DNA of 63,933 bases, filler included, from 22 parts of 22 records of this genome joined end to end with filler, not necessarily neighbours in it; one strand, 5' to 3'; shown: positions 48,031 to 61,653, counted from the first letter of the whole stretch. Translations and numbers: made by a program. Notes: generated from the sequence alone by a model not told the origin.

Positions 48031-50371
48031 CAATGGTTTTCGCTTTCCATGTACCAAATTTGCAAATTTGCCGGTTGACATACGGCGCCTATGTACACGC
48101 GTACTTCCTCTTGCCTTTTATAAAAGAAATAACATCACACCTTGTACTCTTTGGCAGGCGGACAAACTAAGATGCTTAATCGAAGAAGGTCGAAATCTGC
48201 GCACATACCACAATTTTCACGATCACGGTCATCCCTACCCCCACAGGTTAGAATGTTGGCGCACAGAAGCACCAAGGTTCGCAACAAGCTCAACACTCAT
48301 AAAAGGTATCCTCCAAAATGGTTTATCACTATTTCCATATTTTACACGCGCACCGCAACGGCAAAAACCAGCGGAAATCTCAAAAATAAAAACGCAACAA
48401 ATGGCCACATATAGAGCATCACCACAACTCAGAAACAAATTATTTAAACTTCTTGACAAGGGTGTCATTGAGGTACTACCTCGAGAAAAAATTAAACATG
48501 CACACATCCACCACATATTTGGTATCCCCAAGAAAAATGGTGACATTCGAGTTACTGCCAACTTAAAGCCCCTCAATCAATTTTTGCGTGATACACCGAT
48601 AAAAATGCAAGGACCAGCTCGTATCAAACAATTAATCTTTCAAGATTGTCTTTTCACATCGGAGGACTTCACTGATGCTTACTGGACAATTCATGTCCAA
48701 CAGTCTTCCAAAAAATTCCTAGCATTTTTCTTGTCTCCGACGACGGTGTGTGTATGGTCAGTCATGCCATTTGGTCTAAAATTAGCATCATACATATATG
48801 AAAAAACGCAAAGAGCAATAAATTCCGAAATAAAAAACCTTGGCATCACACGATCAGCGTATCTCGACGATGGGCTTACGATTACACCACCACAACCCCG
48901 CCAGGTCGAGCGCGCCCACCAAAATCAATTTCTGGTTAATCTAGTTTTTGTTGCTTTGGGTTGGAAACTCAACATGAAAAAGTCACATTTCATACCATCC
49001 ACAACAATACAACATCTCGGTTTTGACTGGGATTCACACAAAATGACAATTTCCATCCCCCAAGCTAAACGGTGTTCCATTTCCGAACTCTGTAAGGACT
49101 ATTGGGAGCAAGGACGCAGGGGTTCCCCTATCACATATCGTGACATTTTACACATTATCGGAGTCATACAAGCAAATTATCTGGCAATCCCCAACATGAA
49201 CATACACACACGGCATTTGAACCAGTGGCGTAGAAAATTTGCGAAAAAACACTTCCCAATTCCGAATTATGATGTCCAAATAAAATTACCGCACACAGTT
49301 CTCCTTGAGATCAAAAGTTGGGTGGTGAAAATACACAAGTTCCACACGCGTAACCTCATACCTGATGCATCATTTGCAACTATCCACGTAGATGCTAGTG
49401 GAAGTAAAGGCTGGGGTTACAATGTCGTCAATAACATACACAAATTCCACTTCACAAGCAGCCAGGGCACGTGGCCGAACTTCCTCACAAACGCATCTAT
49501 TAACTGCAAAGAACTTTGGGCCATATTTTTTGCCTTAAAATCCATTCTCTCAGCAGAAAAAATTCAAAACTGTACACTTGACATTGGCACGGATAACACC
49601 ACTGCCTTAGCATATTTCCAAAAACAAACTGGTAAATTTGCTCATCTCCTACAACCAGTTCTGTCGACATTCCAATTATTAGAGCCAGAAAATATAAAAG
49701 TCCGCTTCTTTTGGATAGAAACAGCAAAAAACACAGCGGACAAACCCTCACGTGAATTTCTCGACAGACACACCTATTCTCTACCGTACAAAATCTTCCT
49801 CACTGTTACAAAACACTATGGTGAACCCGACATTGACCTGTTTGCGTCTGCTTGTAATGCCAAAACAAAACCTTATGTCAGTTTAAACCCACAGCCAGAT
49901 GCTTTATACGTAAACGCTTTTCGTGCGGACAAAAAATGGAGCCAATTTCAAACAGTTTGGGCTTTCCCACCGATCCCTTGTATCAATAGAGTTTTAGCAC
50001 GACTTAAACACGATTCACCACATTTATTTCTGCTGGTTGTGCCGTTTTGGACAAATAGTACCTTTTTACCAACATGTTTTGATATGTTAGTGGACCTTCC
50101 AACTTGGCTGACAAGCATTCCCATGCACGAGAATTTAGATACAGAGATACACAGTGCTTGTGTGAAAACCCCGACATTAGACCTAATCTTAATGCCCTTA
50201 TCCGGGTCCTCACAAAACATTTCGGCCTTTCGGACAAAGTTACATCACTGGTACTTGAAAGTCGCGCCAAAGGCACTAAATCAAATTATTCGGTCAAATG
50301 GCGAGAGTGGGTTGCGTTTTGCCAAGAAGAGCGCTATTGTGCTCTCAATGTTACAGGGCTTGGCTCACTAG
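48031..50371 (+). CDS. DIRS pol: reverse transcriptase, RNase H and DNA adenine methyltransferase-like domain
   Basis: RT: IPKKNGDIR, DFTDAY, VMPFGL, YLDD, HLGF. RNase H: VDASGSKGWG, INCKELWA, TDNTTA, NTADKPSR. MT: IDLFAS, WAFPP, LVVPFW. Confidence 0.95.
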
Positions 50372-51204
50372 AGTTCGTAGCCGCATGTGCTACCAGAAGA
50401 GATACAGGTGCTGGGGTCGCAGCACAGGCGCAATACATGTTACGTTTTGTGGAGCGTCTCTTACACTTTGAAACTCTGCGACCTCTTTTAGTGGATGCAG
50501 CAATGCGTAACAAACCAGTTTTCCCTCGTTGGACTTCCGTGTGGGCTATAACACCTCTGATAGAGCACCTCCACAAAATGGGGCCACATACTAAACTCTC
50601 GTTGAAAGAGCAGAGAGCTAGAACAATGGCTTGCGTAAAATTGGATTGCCTTGGTCAGAGACAAGTTTGCTCGAAATTGTACAGAAATTACTGTGTCCTA
50701 TCGCCACTCGACCAAGAGGGAAATCGATCGGTCACACTTCGTGTCTTTAGACGGAAGTCATATAGACCTGGTCAAAATGATTTCGGCATGCCCTTCACAA
50801 TTCATGGAGTGAAATATGAAAATGAATTTTACACTTCTACACCTCATAATATTGCGTGGATGTGGGACAAAGAGCAACAAGTTATAGGCAATAACACACG
50901 ACCTGGGGTTTTCCCCCCGCTAACACCAAGGGCAGGAAGGTCACTACTCTCCCCTCAGACGGTTTCAACTATTTTACACAAAATAATGTCTGATGCCAAT
51001 ATCCCACCACAATATACTCCGGGGTCCTTCCGAGCGGCTTCAGCGAGCCACTGTTATCAGCAAGGGGTTCCAATTCGCAAAATATTAGATCGGGCTGATT
51101 GGGCATCGGAAGAGACATTTTTCAAATGGTATAGAAAACTATCTGACCTCCAACCACGCTCCGAAAACCAAGATCTCACTGTTGAAATTTCGCTTCGTTC
51201 ATAA
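50104..51204 (+). CDS. DIRS tyrosine recombinase (overlaps the pol 3' end by up to 268 nt)
   Basis: SRAKGTKSNYSVKWREW, PRWTSVW, YTPGSFRAASAS, ILDRADWASEETFFKWY. Confidence 0.92.
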   Translation: MADKHSHAREFRYRDTQCLCENPDIRPNLNALIRVLTKHFGLSDKVTSLVLESRAKGTKSNYSVKWREWVAFCQEERYCALNVTGLGSLEFVAACATRRDTGAGVAAQAQYMLRFVERLLHFETLRPLLVDAAMRNKPVFPRWTSVWAITPLIEHLHKMGPHTKLSLKEQRARTMACVKLDCLGQRQVCSKLYRNYCVLSPLDQEGNRSVTLRVFRRKSYRPGQNDFGMPFTIHGVKYENEFYTSTPHNIAWMWDKEQQVIGNNTRPGVFPPLTPRAGRSLLSPQTVSTILHKIMSDANIPPQYTPGSFRAASASHCYQQGVPIRKILDRADWASEETFFKWYRKLSDLQPRSENQDLTVEISLRS

Positions 51205-51954
51205 TTGGTAATAATTTGACTTAACTTGTGAAAATCAACAGTTAAAAAGCATTGAGACAACAACAATACAAAAATTAAATCCTCTTCAAAAAACTAACTC
51301 CATACCGGTCCTCCATGAGATAGCCATTCCTACAAAATTACGGCGAATGCGCCTCTTGTCGGCCAAAACTGCTGCCACCTTTTGCATATCACAAAAGGCT
51401 CTTTTCAGTCTTAAACTTAAAATACCGCCCGCTAAAAAAGGAGCTTTTCATCAGTTTCGTCCCTTAATGTTTAGAAGCTTAGCATATAATTCTTTAGGTG
51501 AAAGATACCAATTAATTAATTTTCATTATTGTAGTTTATTTAACTCATTTGAACGACATTCCTTGTATTACACGCAATAAATATTTGGAATCCACTTTTT
51601 CTAACAAATTATGCCACTAAAAATTTCAAATTTCATTACTCTCTAGCGTAACACCTCGCACCCGGTTTCTGGAAATTAAGTTACACAAAATACTTTCACT
51701 CGGAATAACCGGGTCACACCACGTCCGTCAGGGAACGCTATAGGTGGTGACAATACAAAATTAGCGCGATATTACATTACTTCACTAGGTGCGAGATCGA
51801 AAATACTTTTCGTTTCTACATAGGAAGCATACATGTTTGCATGTTTTGTTTCACNNNNNNNNNNNNNNNNNNNNNNNNNNNNNNNNNNNNNNNNNNNNTT
51901 AATTAATTAANNNNNNNNNNNNNNNNNNNNNNNNNNNNNNNNNNNNNNNNNNNN

Positions 51955-51978
51955 CCCTACACGACGCTCTTCCGATCT
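51955..51978 (+). other. Illumina TruSeq adapter remnant
   Basis: CCCTACACGACGCTCTTCCGATCT at the first base of contig 18. Confidence 0.97.
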
Positions 51979-54900
51979 TATAATGTCGTAAGTAAAGGCA
52001 TAGCGTTAAATTTGTTTTAGATAAAAATTTGATATTTCACAGGAAATAAACTTTCTTACCCTCTGTTGTGATAGCACCTGAAAATTAAATAATGTAGTAT
52101 TTTTGTTTTTGCATAAAACAATAGACATTGCTTTTGTGTTGCGAAAAAAGCAACCGAAAGTTCTTCTATTAATTTTTAAACACTTGGAGAGGTTACTATC
52201 TTTTTTCTCCGTCTGTGAAAGTCAATTTAGAAGGAAATTTATCCAAACGCAGTATGCGTCTCCTCGAACAGCGACGTATACTTGTGTATACAGTTATTAC
52301 TGACTGATCAATCCATTTTCATGTCAGTTCTAGGTTGAAACATAGAAAAGCTCTAGACAAACTTGCGTTGGGACGAAAAATATTCGTTTCAATAAACTTA
52401 ATGTCATTACATTAATAAATGTCATTACATTAATAAATGTCAGTATTAATTCAACTAACCTGATTCGTCTGACGTAGATTCGCCTTCATTTCCACTAAGT
52501 TTTCAATTATTTGGACAGCATACTTTCCGGTGTTGTGTTGTGCGCATAAATGCAGAGCAGTATCTTTGTCCTTAAAAAATTTATCAAAGAAAAAAATAAA
52601 ATACAAACCATTGTTTGAATAAATCAAACAGCTATTTTGTTCTTACAATTATAAGAACACATTTGTACGAACAAAGTTTGAGGCATGATGGTTGGGCAAA
52701 ATTTTTCCAAATTCTCGATGAAAAAATTGTGATGAGGAAAACTTTAGAATACAAAAATTAAGATTAAATTCTTAAAACGTTACGTAGAGGAAACCCCCGA
52801 AGATATGCTGTGAAAGATAGCAAGAATTTCTTTTTAATATACATCGTATGTTTCAACTGAATATTTAAATTTATAGTTTTATTTCAGAATTTCAGGAACT
52901 TGAAAAATGTAGTTTAATTTTTAAGAAAGGCATGGCACTGTTTCAGTCAGTTTTTAAAACACACCCACCTTATTCACAGCATTCACACCGACTCCGTTTT
53001 TTTGAAGGTATGTCATTTTTTCAATAACATCAGACACAGATTTGTCCTTACATGCTTCCATCATCAGTGTGTTTCCATTCTAATCGAAAAGAAAATTGTA
53101 AAACACGCACAATCATTAATTATGTACCAGTTCAACCCAACTCAGTGAGATAAACAACACATTGGATATTCCGAGCAAGTTTTCAATGTATAAATCTCAC
53201 CCTCAAAAATTGTCCTCACACTAAAAGATATTGCATATCAAGCGCAAATCCAACCATTGTAAAGTTCTGACTGGTAGTCGGTAGGATTTGTTCAGTTGGA
53301 ATGATTTTTTAAAACACTTCGTTGGGTTTTGATTTTAAAAGTATGAATCAAATAAAGTTTGCAATTTTCATACGAAACCCGTGTTGTGAAATAATCATAA
53401 AATTAAAGTCAGATCCTCCTTCGATTCTTAATTATGAAACAAAACTTACAAATTGTACCGTTTTAAAAATATAGCAGTGCAACATATTGTTTCAGAAAGA
53501 TTTTTAAAAGTAATTTGTGGAATAATCACAACATTGATTCTTCACTCAAAATTCACAAGACACACACCTCATCAGTTGCTTTGAAATCGAGCTTGTGTTG
53601 TTGTAACAATGTGCTGTTGGTGAAATCTTTCCAGCTTTGGACAAAAAAGATGTGCTTCAATATGACGTACCGGTCCTACAAGTAAGGAATACGCAAACAA
53701 ATTTACATATGAAAGTTTTTGTTCCTCAATCCGTTAAACAATAACGAAATCCTCGCTATCAATTGTCACACAAATGTAAATCCAACTCGAAGGAAAAAGA
53801 AGAAGCAAATAATACATTTTTTACGTTGAAGACAAAAATAATTTAATGAACTGTATAGCGACATCATTGAAGTTGCACAATGTTACAGCTTACTTCATTC
53901 CCACAACATGGAGAATATACAACAGTAGTAATCAAAAATTAATTTTCAATTTCCTTAATTTTCGAGTGTAAAAACTTATTAACCTTCCGCACTCCCACAC
54001 TCATTCATCACCCTCAAAAAACACCCAACGGAGTCACATGGTACGAAAGGAATGTGCCTCCAATCTATACAACTTCTTTTCTTAGTTGTGTGAATGTAAA
54101 AATGAAAGTGGGTGTAAATGCAAAATTTTTCACATCATTTTACAATTACTCCATACATCATCACCAGCAAGCTTTGCGTCATGTTCAAACATCTTCNNNN
54201 NNNNNNNNNNNNNNNNNNNNNNNNNNNNNNNNNNNNNNNNTTAATTAATTAANNNNNNNNNNNNNNNNNNNNNNNNNNNNNNNNNNNNNNNNNNNNAAAA
54301 CATAACGAGTTTTAGAAGTTAAGTTCACTCAAAACCCACTTTCCCGAAGCAAAACACCAACGCTCATCCTGAAAACTTGTTCCTTTCTTCGCTCCGAACA
54401 TTCAAATTTCACGGTTCATACATGCGGTTTTACCCCTACGCGGCCACAAATCTGAACGAGAGAATATTTTTTGAATACTTCAAAGCAATTAAACGGTTGT
54501 TTTTCTATCGTATGTAATTTTATTGTACAATTGTTTACTTGCAACTTGTAATCCTAGCCCCTTGAGAGTGCTTCATAGTTTTTAGTCCAGTAGTCTTATT
54601 CTTTCTATTTTGTCTACAATCCTCCATTTTCGCATGATAATATTTCGCTTGTCTGCTGAACCGTGAACCACACGAAAAACATGTGTGATCTTTCTTCGAT
54701 GGGCCTGAAATAAAATCGAAACACATGTATCAGTATAAAATCTAAAATCGATTTTTTAGGGCATAAATGTACAAAACAAACATCGTTTTAAACAATGTAA
54801 ATACTGTGGTAGTCAGTTGGTGTTAGAAACAACAAACACATTCAATGATATGCAATAAGTAAAGTGTTTTAGTATTTCATATAAATTTTGGACTGTAAGT

Positions 54901-57173
54901 AAAAAACAAAACAACGATGCTGTCATATAAATAGTCATCAAAGATTAAATAATGTATGTAATTGCTGATGACAATGTGGGTGTAAATTCCACTTTTTATT
55001 GAGAATTTGAAATGCTGTAGCACAATGTACACTATTTTTACGACTTTGAGTTACCTTGAGTTACCTAGTTTCATAATTAAAAATACGTGAATAAATGAGC
55101 TCAGCAGTAGGGTAACAAGTTCTAAAAATGTTCGGAATTGTTATAAACACCTCTCCTAACAAAAACGAATTAGAACGAGCCAACACCACGAGAGAGGCGT
55201 TGTGGAAATGAAAAATACTTTACATTTGTTTCATACTGTTATTGCCCAAAAGTGAAATGTTCAAAAAATACATTGCAAAAGCAAACTTTCCTTAAAACAC
55301 GATTTTCTCGTAGTTTAAATCCATGTATTAAATCGAGTGATTTACCGCTGTCTTGTTATTAGCTTTATTATGCCTGTTCACGTGATGAACATTTTTGAAA
55401 TCGGGCTTAATGTGTACATATCTTTGATAAAAATACAATCTTTGGTTGGTGTAACTTTGGTAGAGTTCTTACTTCAAATGTCATTCCCGAAAACAACAAC
55501 AACAAAACTGTTTATATACTCACACATTCCGATGTTTTTCATCTCGGCCAATAATTCGGGAATTTCACCCTACAACAACACATAAAATAATTGGATTACA
55601 CAAGACGCAAACTGCAACCAATAAAAGTAGCACTTTCACTAGCTATTGTAAACAATTTTTATTAAAAGATACCTATTGTTCTCCATAAATAAATAGAAGA
55701 ACTTTAAATTAGAGGAAAAAATATGGTAATTGTAAAACAATTTATGATCTATCATTTTGAATTGTATCTAATTTGCCGTGTGCTTTGGGATCTCGTAAAA
55801 CATCTATACATATTCCAAAGAAATTTTGATATGATTAATACACGTTATGTTCATTGATCTATTTTTTCAAAAAAATCCTCCATTGAATACAAAAAAAGCT
55901 CGAAAACTTCAAACTCCTTAGCAAACCACAATAAACATCCTGAATATCCAACTAAAAGTTTCAATTGCAAACTTACTCTTTAAGCAACATTTCTCCAAAC
56001 AAAATTCCTTTAAACAGTAATTTAGGCAACACAAATTCTTAAACTTGTAAAATTTCACACGATAAATTATTTCTCTAACGGACGAGTTACAACCTGTACA
56101 ATTTCTCCCAACCCAATTCATTCCAACTAATGCCTCCATTTTGTTCCTTGAGCGAAAACAAAGTGACACCGCCGGGCGATTTTGCCAATTGAGTGAAGAA
56201 AGAAATGAGTTCTCTAGGGACAGTAGGCATCTTACAGAACAGCACTCAACAGTTTCGGAAAGCCAGGTAAAAATTTGTACCAATTGGGCTGGGAAAATTT
56301 TAACAAAAAAACTCCTAGCAATTAAGGTGGAACTTTTATTAATTTTTCACATATTTCTTTTTCACAGGAATTCAACAATAAATCTAATTTTTTTAAACAA
56401 GTATGAAGGATCAACGACTCAAAACACATGAGCAACATAAAAGAGTGTCAAAGACGGTATTTCATGACACAAAGTATGTGTTGTAATCTCAATTAAGTTT
56501 TTCATGAAATAAAGAGAAGCGGTGTGAAATTTCGCCGTGAACAAATAAAAGCAAACAAATTCTACTAAATTGACGTCAATTGCCTGGTTTTGTTGTCGTA
56601 ATATCTTCACAGCGTGTTGTGCAATAATTTAAGCGAGTTCTTTTCCCATACAAAAGCTCTTTCTTGTCACAATTCGAAAATTCGGATAAATTGNNNNNNN
56701 NNNNNNNNNNNNNNNNNNNNNNNNNNNNNNNNNNNNNTTAATTAATTAANNNNNNNNNNNNNNNNNNNNNNNNNNNNNNNNNNNNNNNNNNNNTCTCGAT
56801 ATTGGGAATTGAATTTATTGGACAAATTGTATTTTTAAACCAAATATTGACACAAAACTCTGTTTTTTTGTTTCGTTTTTTCTTGAAAAATTCACCCCAC
56901 AAGTTGAAATTCAGTTTTGAAGCATCTAAATCTGAAAAATAATATTAATTTATGACTCTTTTGATAAATCATTACACCTGAAACCCCCAAACGAACATTT
57001 TCTTATTTGTAACTTGAGTTCCCACACAAGTGGACAGGCAATCACATTTACGAAACTGGCACACCATTAATAATGTTTTTTAACTTTTTTGAGAAAAATT
57101 ATACATGCTTTGATGTTTTTATTTTCGCTGCTCCCTTGATTTTTTTCTTCACAATACAATGACTTTATTTTAG

Positions 57174-59021
57174 TAACAACTACGGCAACGATGGAGGCTA
57201 TGGCAATAGTGGCGGGTACGATAACAGCGGAGAGTACGGCAATAACGGAGGGTACGACAACAGCGCTGGATATGGAAACAACAACGGTGGAGGAGGATAT
57301 GGAGGCAACAATGGCGGATACGACTACAACACTGGATATGGAGACGGCAACTACCCTCAAGGAGGAGGTGGAGGATATGGCGGGGACCAACACGGCAAAG
57401 GAGGAAATGATTACGACAAGGATGTTACTTATCACGTTGCTGGTGGTAAACCAATGTCTTCCCATGGCGCTGCTGGAAAATACGGCAAAGATGCTGATTA
57501 CGACAAGAAAGGAGGCGAATACGGCGGTGATTATGGCGGTGATTACGGCGGTGATTATGGTGGTGACTACGGAAGTTCTGACTATGATAAGGACTATGAT
57601 GGCGTCTATCACCAATACGACAAGAAATACAAGGACAATGGTAAGTTTCGGGTGATCATTTTTGACGGAAATATTTAAACATGAACTTATCGTCTTGATT
57701 TCCAAGAACGTTACACTACGGTTTTTTGTCGAATGTGAAAAGTTTTTTCTAGCAACGAAAATGTGAATGTTGCATTTTTATGTGACACCCTGTATGGAAA
57801 ATATTACAAAGCAACATATCCACAAGGACCCTATATTATTCATCTTTTGTCATAATTTTTGAAATTAAGTGAGACAATTCAAGAATTTAGACATCCATAA
57901 TGTCAATTAGTTTTTAGAAAGGAGACACGCGCCGTATGGAAGAGCACGAAGATTTATTGAGGACTACAGTATCTAAAAATTCCATTTTTTGCTCAGAAAA
58001 TTCAATTGGGCTGTTATTTATGTTTAAAGTTTTTTTTAAGTTCGGCTCTGTCTTGAGGAATTTAGATTTTACATAAATTGTGTTTTTTGTAGTGACTAAA
58101 TTCTTCAGAGTGAAGTTCGACTATGCAAAGGTTCGTAAAGCAGACCCATACAAATATGAACCAGCACATCACATGTGTGTTGATGGTACTGCTTATGACG
58201 AACATGGTCAAAAATATGCTGATGCAACTTTCTGTTACGATGATCCTGAAGAAATTGATATCTGTCTTGACACTGACTACAGAGACAATCAAGGTACAAA
58301 CACGCGTCTACTCACGGTAATTGTGTTCAGTGCCTAATATTTGTTGGGAACAGTTTTTTCTTGTCGGGAAAACTTGTGGAAAATAACCAAATTCATTTTT
58401 GTATTCTTTTGGTTGAGATACTTTAGAATTTTTTGTATTCTTTTGTTGAATTTGAGAAAACATGCACTTTTTACTGTTTCCGAGAATAATAGTACTTTAA
58501 AATTTGGACAAACTTCTAAACAGTGACGACTTTTGCATTTTTATTTTTGAAGATTTTTGAGGTATGGAAACTGTTATTTCTGATATACCAACCCCCCATC
58601 ACCCTTTTTTGAATCTCCATATGGTATCGACATCTCCAAAACCAAACACATGCGTACAACGCACAAATCTAACGGACAACACTAATGCTGAATACGGCCA
58701 CTTTTTGCACTTGCACATTTCAATTTGAGAAAGGGACAAATTCCTTGAGTAAATTTTTTGTGCGTTTATTATTGCTAATAGTGTACAAGGGTGAATATGA
58801 TAAGAAACCATTCTACACAAATGGAGATCACACCGGATACCATGACAAATACTCACAATATTCTCAAAACAACTACGACTATTACAGCGAATACAATAAC
58901 TTTTATGCTGATGATGAACTTGCATACGGAGCTGATGGAGGATACGGAGGAGGAAATGGTGGAAGCGGGGGTTACGGAGGAAATGGTGGAGGATATGGAA
59001 ACACTTATGGATATGCCGGAG
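57174..59021 (+). CDS. Gly/Tyr/Asn/Asp-rich protein; exons 57174-57640, 58093-58293, 58782-59021 (partial)
   Basis: Phase-1 joins; GGYG, GGDY and NGGY repeats flank a small Cys-containing exon (HHMCVDG...FCYDDPEEIDICLD). Confidence 0.8.
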
Positions 59022-60039
59022 GTACTGTAAAACATAATTCACTGATGGTGGTATTTACATTTTTTCGGAGGAGAACCTTTTTTGTATCATGTAAATTCTC
59101 TATTTTTAGGTGTATCATAGAAAATCTTCAGGGCAAAGATACACTCCCTCATTTAGACCGCTTTTAGGCCAGAATTCATGAGGGTAGGAAAATGTTAGGA
59201 ATGAATCATTTTTTGGTAACAATGGCATTTAAAAAAAATAAATTTCTGTGAATTTGTATATAAAGATATCCACTTCCAATGTGGGGGCGGTGTAAATTAT
59301 ATATTTTATTTGGATCAAACGAAAAACGTNNNNNNNNNNNNNNNNNNNNNNNNNNNNNNNNNNNNNNNNNNNNTTAATTAATTAANNNNNNNNNNNNNNN
59401 NNNNNNNNNNNNNNNNNNNNNNNNNNNNNATTTCCCTATGTTCGGCGAATGTTTCATGACAAATGTTGAAAAACACGATAAAATTCACAAAATTCACAAA
59501 ACGTTTTGAAAAAAATGAAAAATAACATGAATTTTACAAAAAATGTGAGAAAAAGATGAAGTTTTGAAATAACAAACAAATATGATTGGTATGAACGCGA
59601 AAACCCATTAAGTTTCAAAGTTTCAAGTGGAAGGAGTTTTACATGGTCAAGTTTTCAATTTGCAAAATTTTTATTTTGAATAATTGTGAGGTTATTGATG
59701 GGTGGTTATTCATTATTTATTGACATACACTGTACTGTACATGGGTTATGTTGCTTATTGAAGTGTAGTTGGTAGTGTAATGGTGTGGTAGTTGGTAGTT
59801 GTGTGATATGAGTCATTCCAAGTTTCACATGTTGATTGGATATTCATAAATATATATGCCAGAGTTGTTCTAAATTGCATATAATATATTTTGGTACGAT
59901 AAAAACCAAGAACTAAGAGTTTACATTTCAAATTCTCAAAGTGAAACAATAGCGGTTGTTTGCAAAAAAGTTAGGAAAAAAAATCTGAAAATGACTTGAT
60001 AGACGAAATATTGTTGTTTTTTTTTAATTTATTTATTAG

Positions 60040-61423
60040 GGACAAGGCATGTCCATGACGTACCAATTTAACACCGAAATAGCAACATCGTCTGACCCAT
60101 CCCAACATGGTCAACGAGGGGACGTAATTCTTGTATCAAGCTTTAGGATTAGATACATCGAAATTGATCGAGTTTATGTTGATACGGAGAATTGTACACT
60201 CGGCCTCGTTTCGGATATCAAATGGACTATTCCAAACGACGAACAGGTTTCATGCATACACAACACTTTTCATTTTCTGTAAAATCACGGGTCGTATCAC
60301 CAGACCTTTTCAACCCATCGCCTCACAATTACCTCCCAGCTCGCCGCATTTTTACCACTACGCAACCTCTAACTAGAAAATCCTAAAAAAAACAAATCGC
60401 ATGCTGATATCAACCGAAATAGAATAATATATTCTCATGAAAAGGATTTGCACAGCCAATTTTTTTTTATTTGGCAAAAAAGAGAGAGAAAATAGTGAAA
60501 ATACTTATTTTTTGATTTTTTTACATTTCCACAAGATTAGTAGTGAGAATTTTCTCATAAATGGCGTGAATTTTTGTATTTTTTACACCCACCCCAACCC
60601 ACACACTCCACATTCTCCCTTTTCTTTGTCACAGTGTATATCGTTTATACATACATACTCATTTCATCGTTGTTGAAACGCTGTGTGACGTTTTTGTGTA
60701 CTCAACCGTGGGTAGTATTACATACTCTAGTTGTAACTCATGACTATTTCCTTTGCTGCGCCCCACACTCCGAACACTGGTAGTGAAAAAATAGTTTGGT
60801 GTTTCAGTATTTGACAAGCGTTACGTACTAACACTCCCACGCACATCCGTTTACAATCCACAGCAACCTCCACGTACATTCACCACCTCCCATAGTCCAC
60901 CATCCGTTACTTTTTCAGGAAACCGACTGAAAGTTACATATTCGGAATTTTTATACGTCACATTTATTGTTTTACTTCTTTTTGTAAGAGTAGTTTTAAC
61001 TGCGGAGTTTAAATGACAAACTGACGGGGTTGTTGAAGTTTTTGGGGTTATGGAATGGCACCTGGGACTTCATAGTACGCACAAACATTGACGTGTTTGA
61101 TTTATGTGATTCAATGTACGAACTGATTTTTGTGCTTCCAAATTTTTATTAGAATCAAACTTCACTATGTTTTGAAATGTTGTAGGTCGCATGCATATCG
61201 GTGTTTTACAATTAAAGGATTTTTTTACATCCGAAAATAAAAAAATTCAACAAGTTTTGAAGCAGGTGATTTTTTGTGCCCCAATGACTTTGTTCGAATT
61301 TACAGTGCTAGTGGTATTTACCTTTTTTGTGTGTTTATGATTTTTTAGGAAACAATTTTTACCGTTTACCCAGTTTCGCACATTACAAGCGATATTGAAA
61401 AAATTGAGTTATTAATAGAACAG
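60040..61423 (+). CDS. Internal exons (60040-60246, 61349-61423) of an uncharacterised protein
   Basis: AG/GT-bounded phase-0 exons reading GQGMSMTYQFNTEIATSSDPSQHGQRGDVILV...NDEQ-ETIFTVYPVSHITSDIEKIELLIEQ. Confidence 0.6.
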
Positions 61424-61653
61424 GTGAGTGTTTGATGTTCGGAAGTTTCAATATTTTACAAATGTAAATGCGGAGTATGCACAAACCATACTAATGTAGA
61501 ACAATGTGTCTACGGATTTTTAAAAGCGATGCTGTTGGTTTTTGGGCTCGTNNNNNNNNNNNNNNNNNNNNNNNNNNNNNNNNNNNNNNNNNNNNTTAAT
61601 TAATTAANNNNNNNNNNNNNNNNNNNNNNNNNNNNNNNNNNNNNNNNNNNNCT

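Larger units (their letters stand above)
46008..51854 (+). mobile_element. DIRS-like tyrosine-recombinase retrotransposon (termini not resolved)
   Basis: Order is gag-like ORF, RT-RNaseH-methyltransferase ORF, then an overlapping YR ORF. Long frames are intact. Confidence 0.93.

Noticed and set aside
48068-51204. RT plus integrase plus methylase as a bacterial retron, DGR or novel defence system
   Set aside because: Domain order, RNase H, overlapping YR and splice signals match eukaryotic DIRS retrotransposons; the methyltransferase-like domain is a known DIRS feature.
57067-57705. 212-aa hydrophobic minus-strand ORF and 154-aa Met/Thr-rich ORF
   Set aside because: Shadow frames of the repetitive Gly/Tyr-rich exon.
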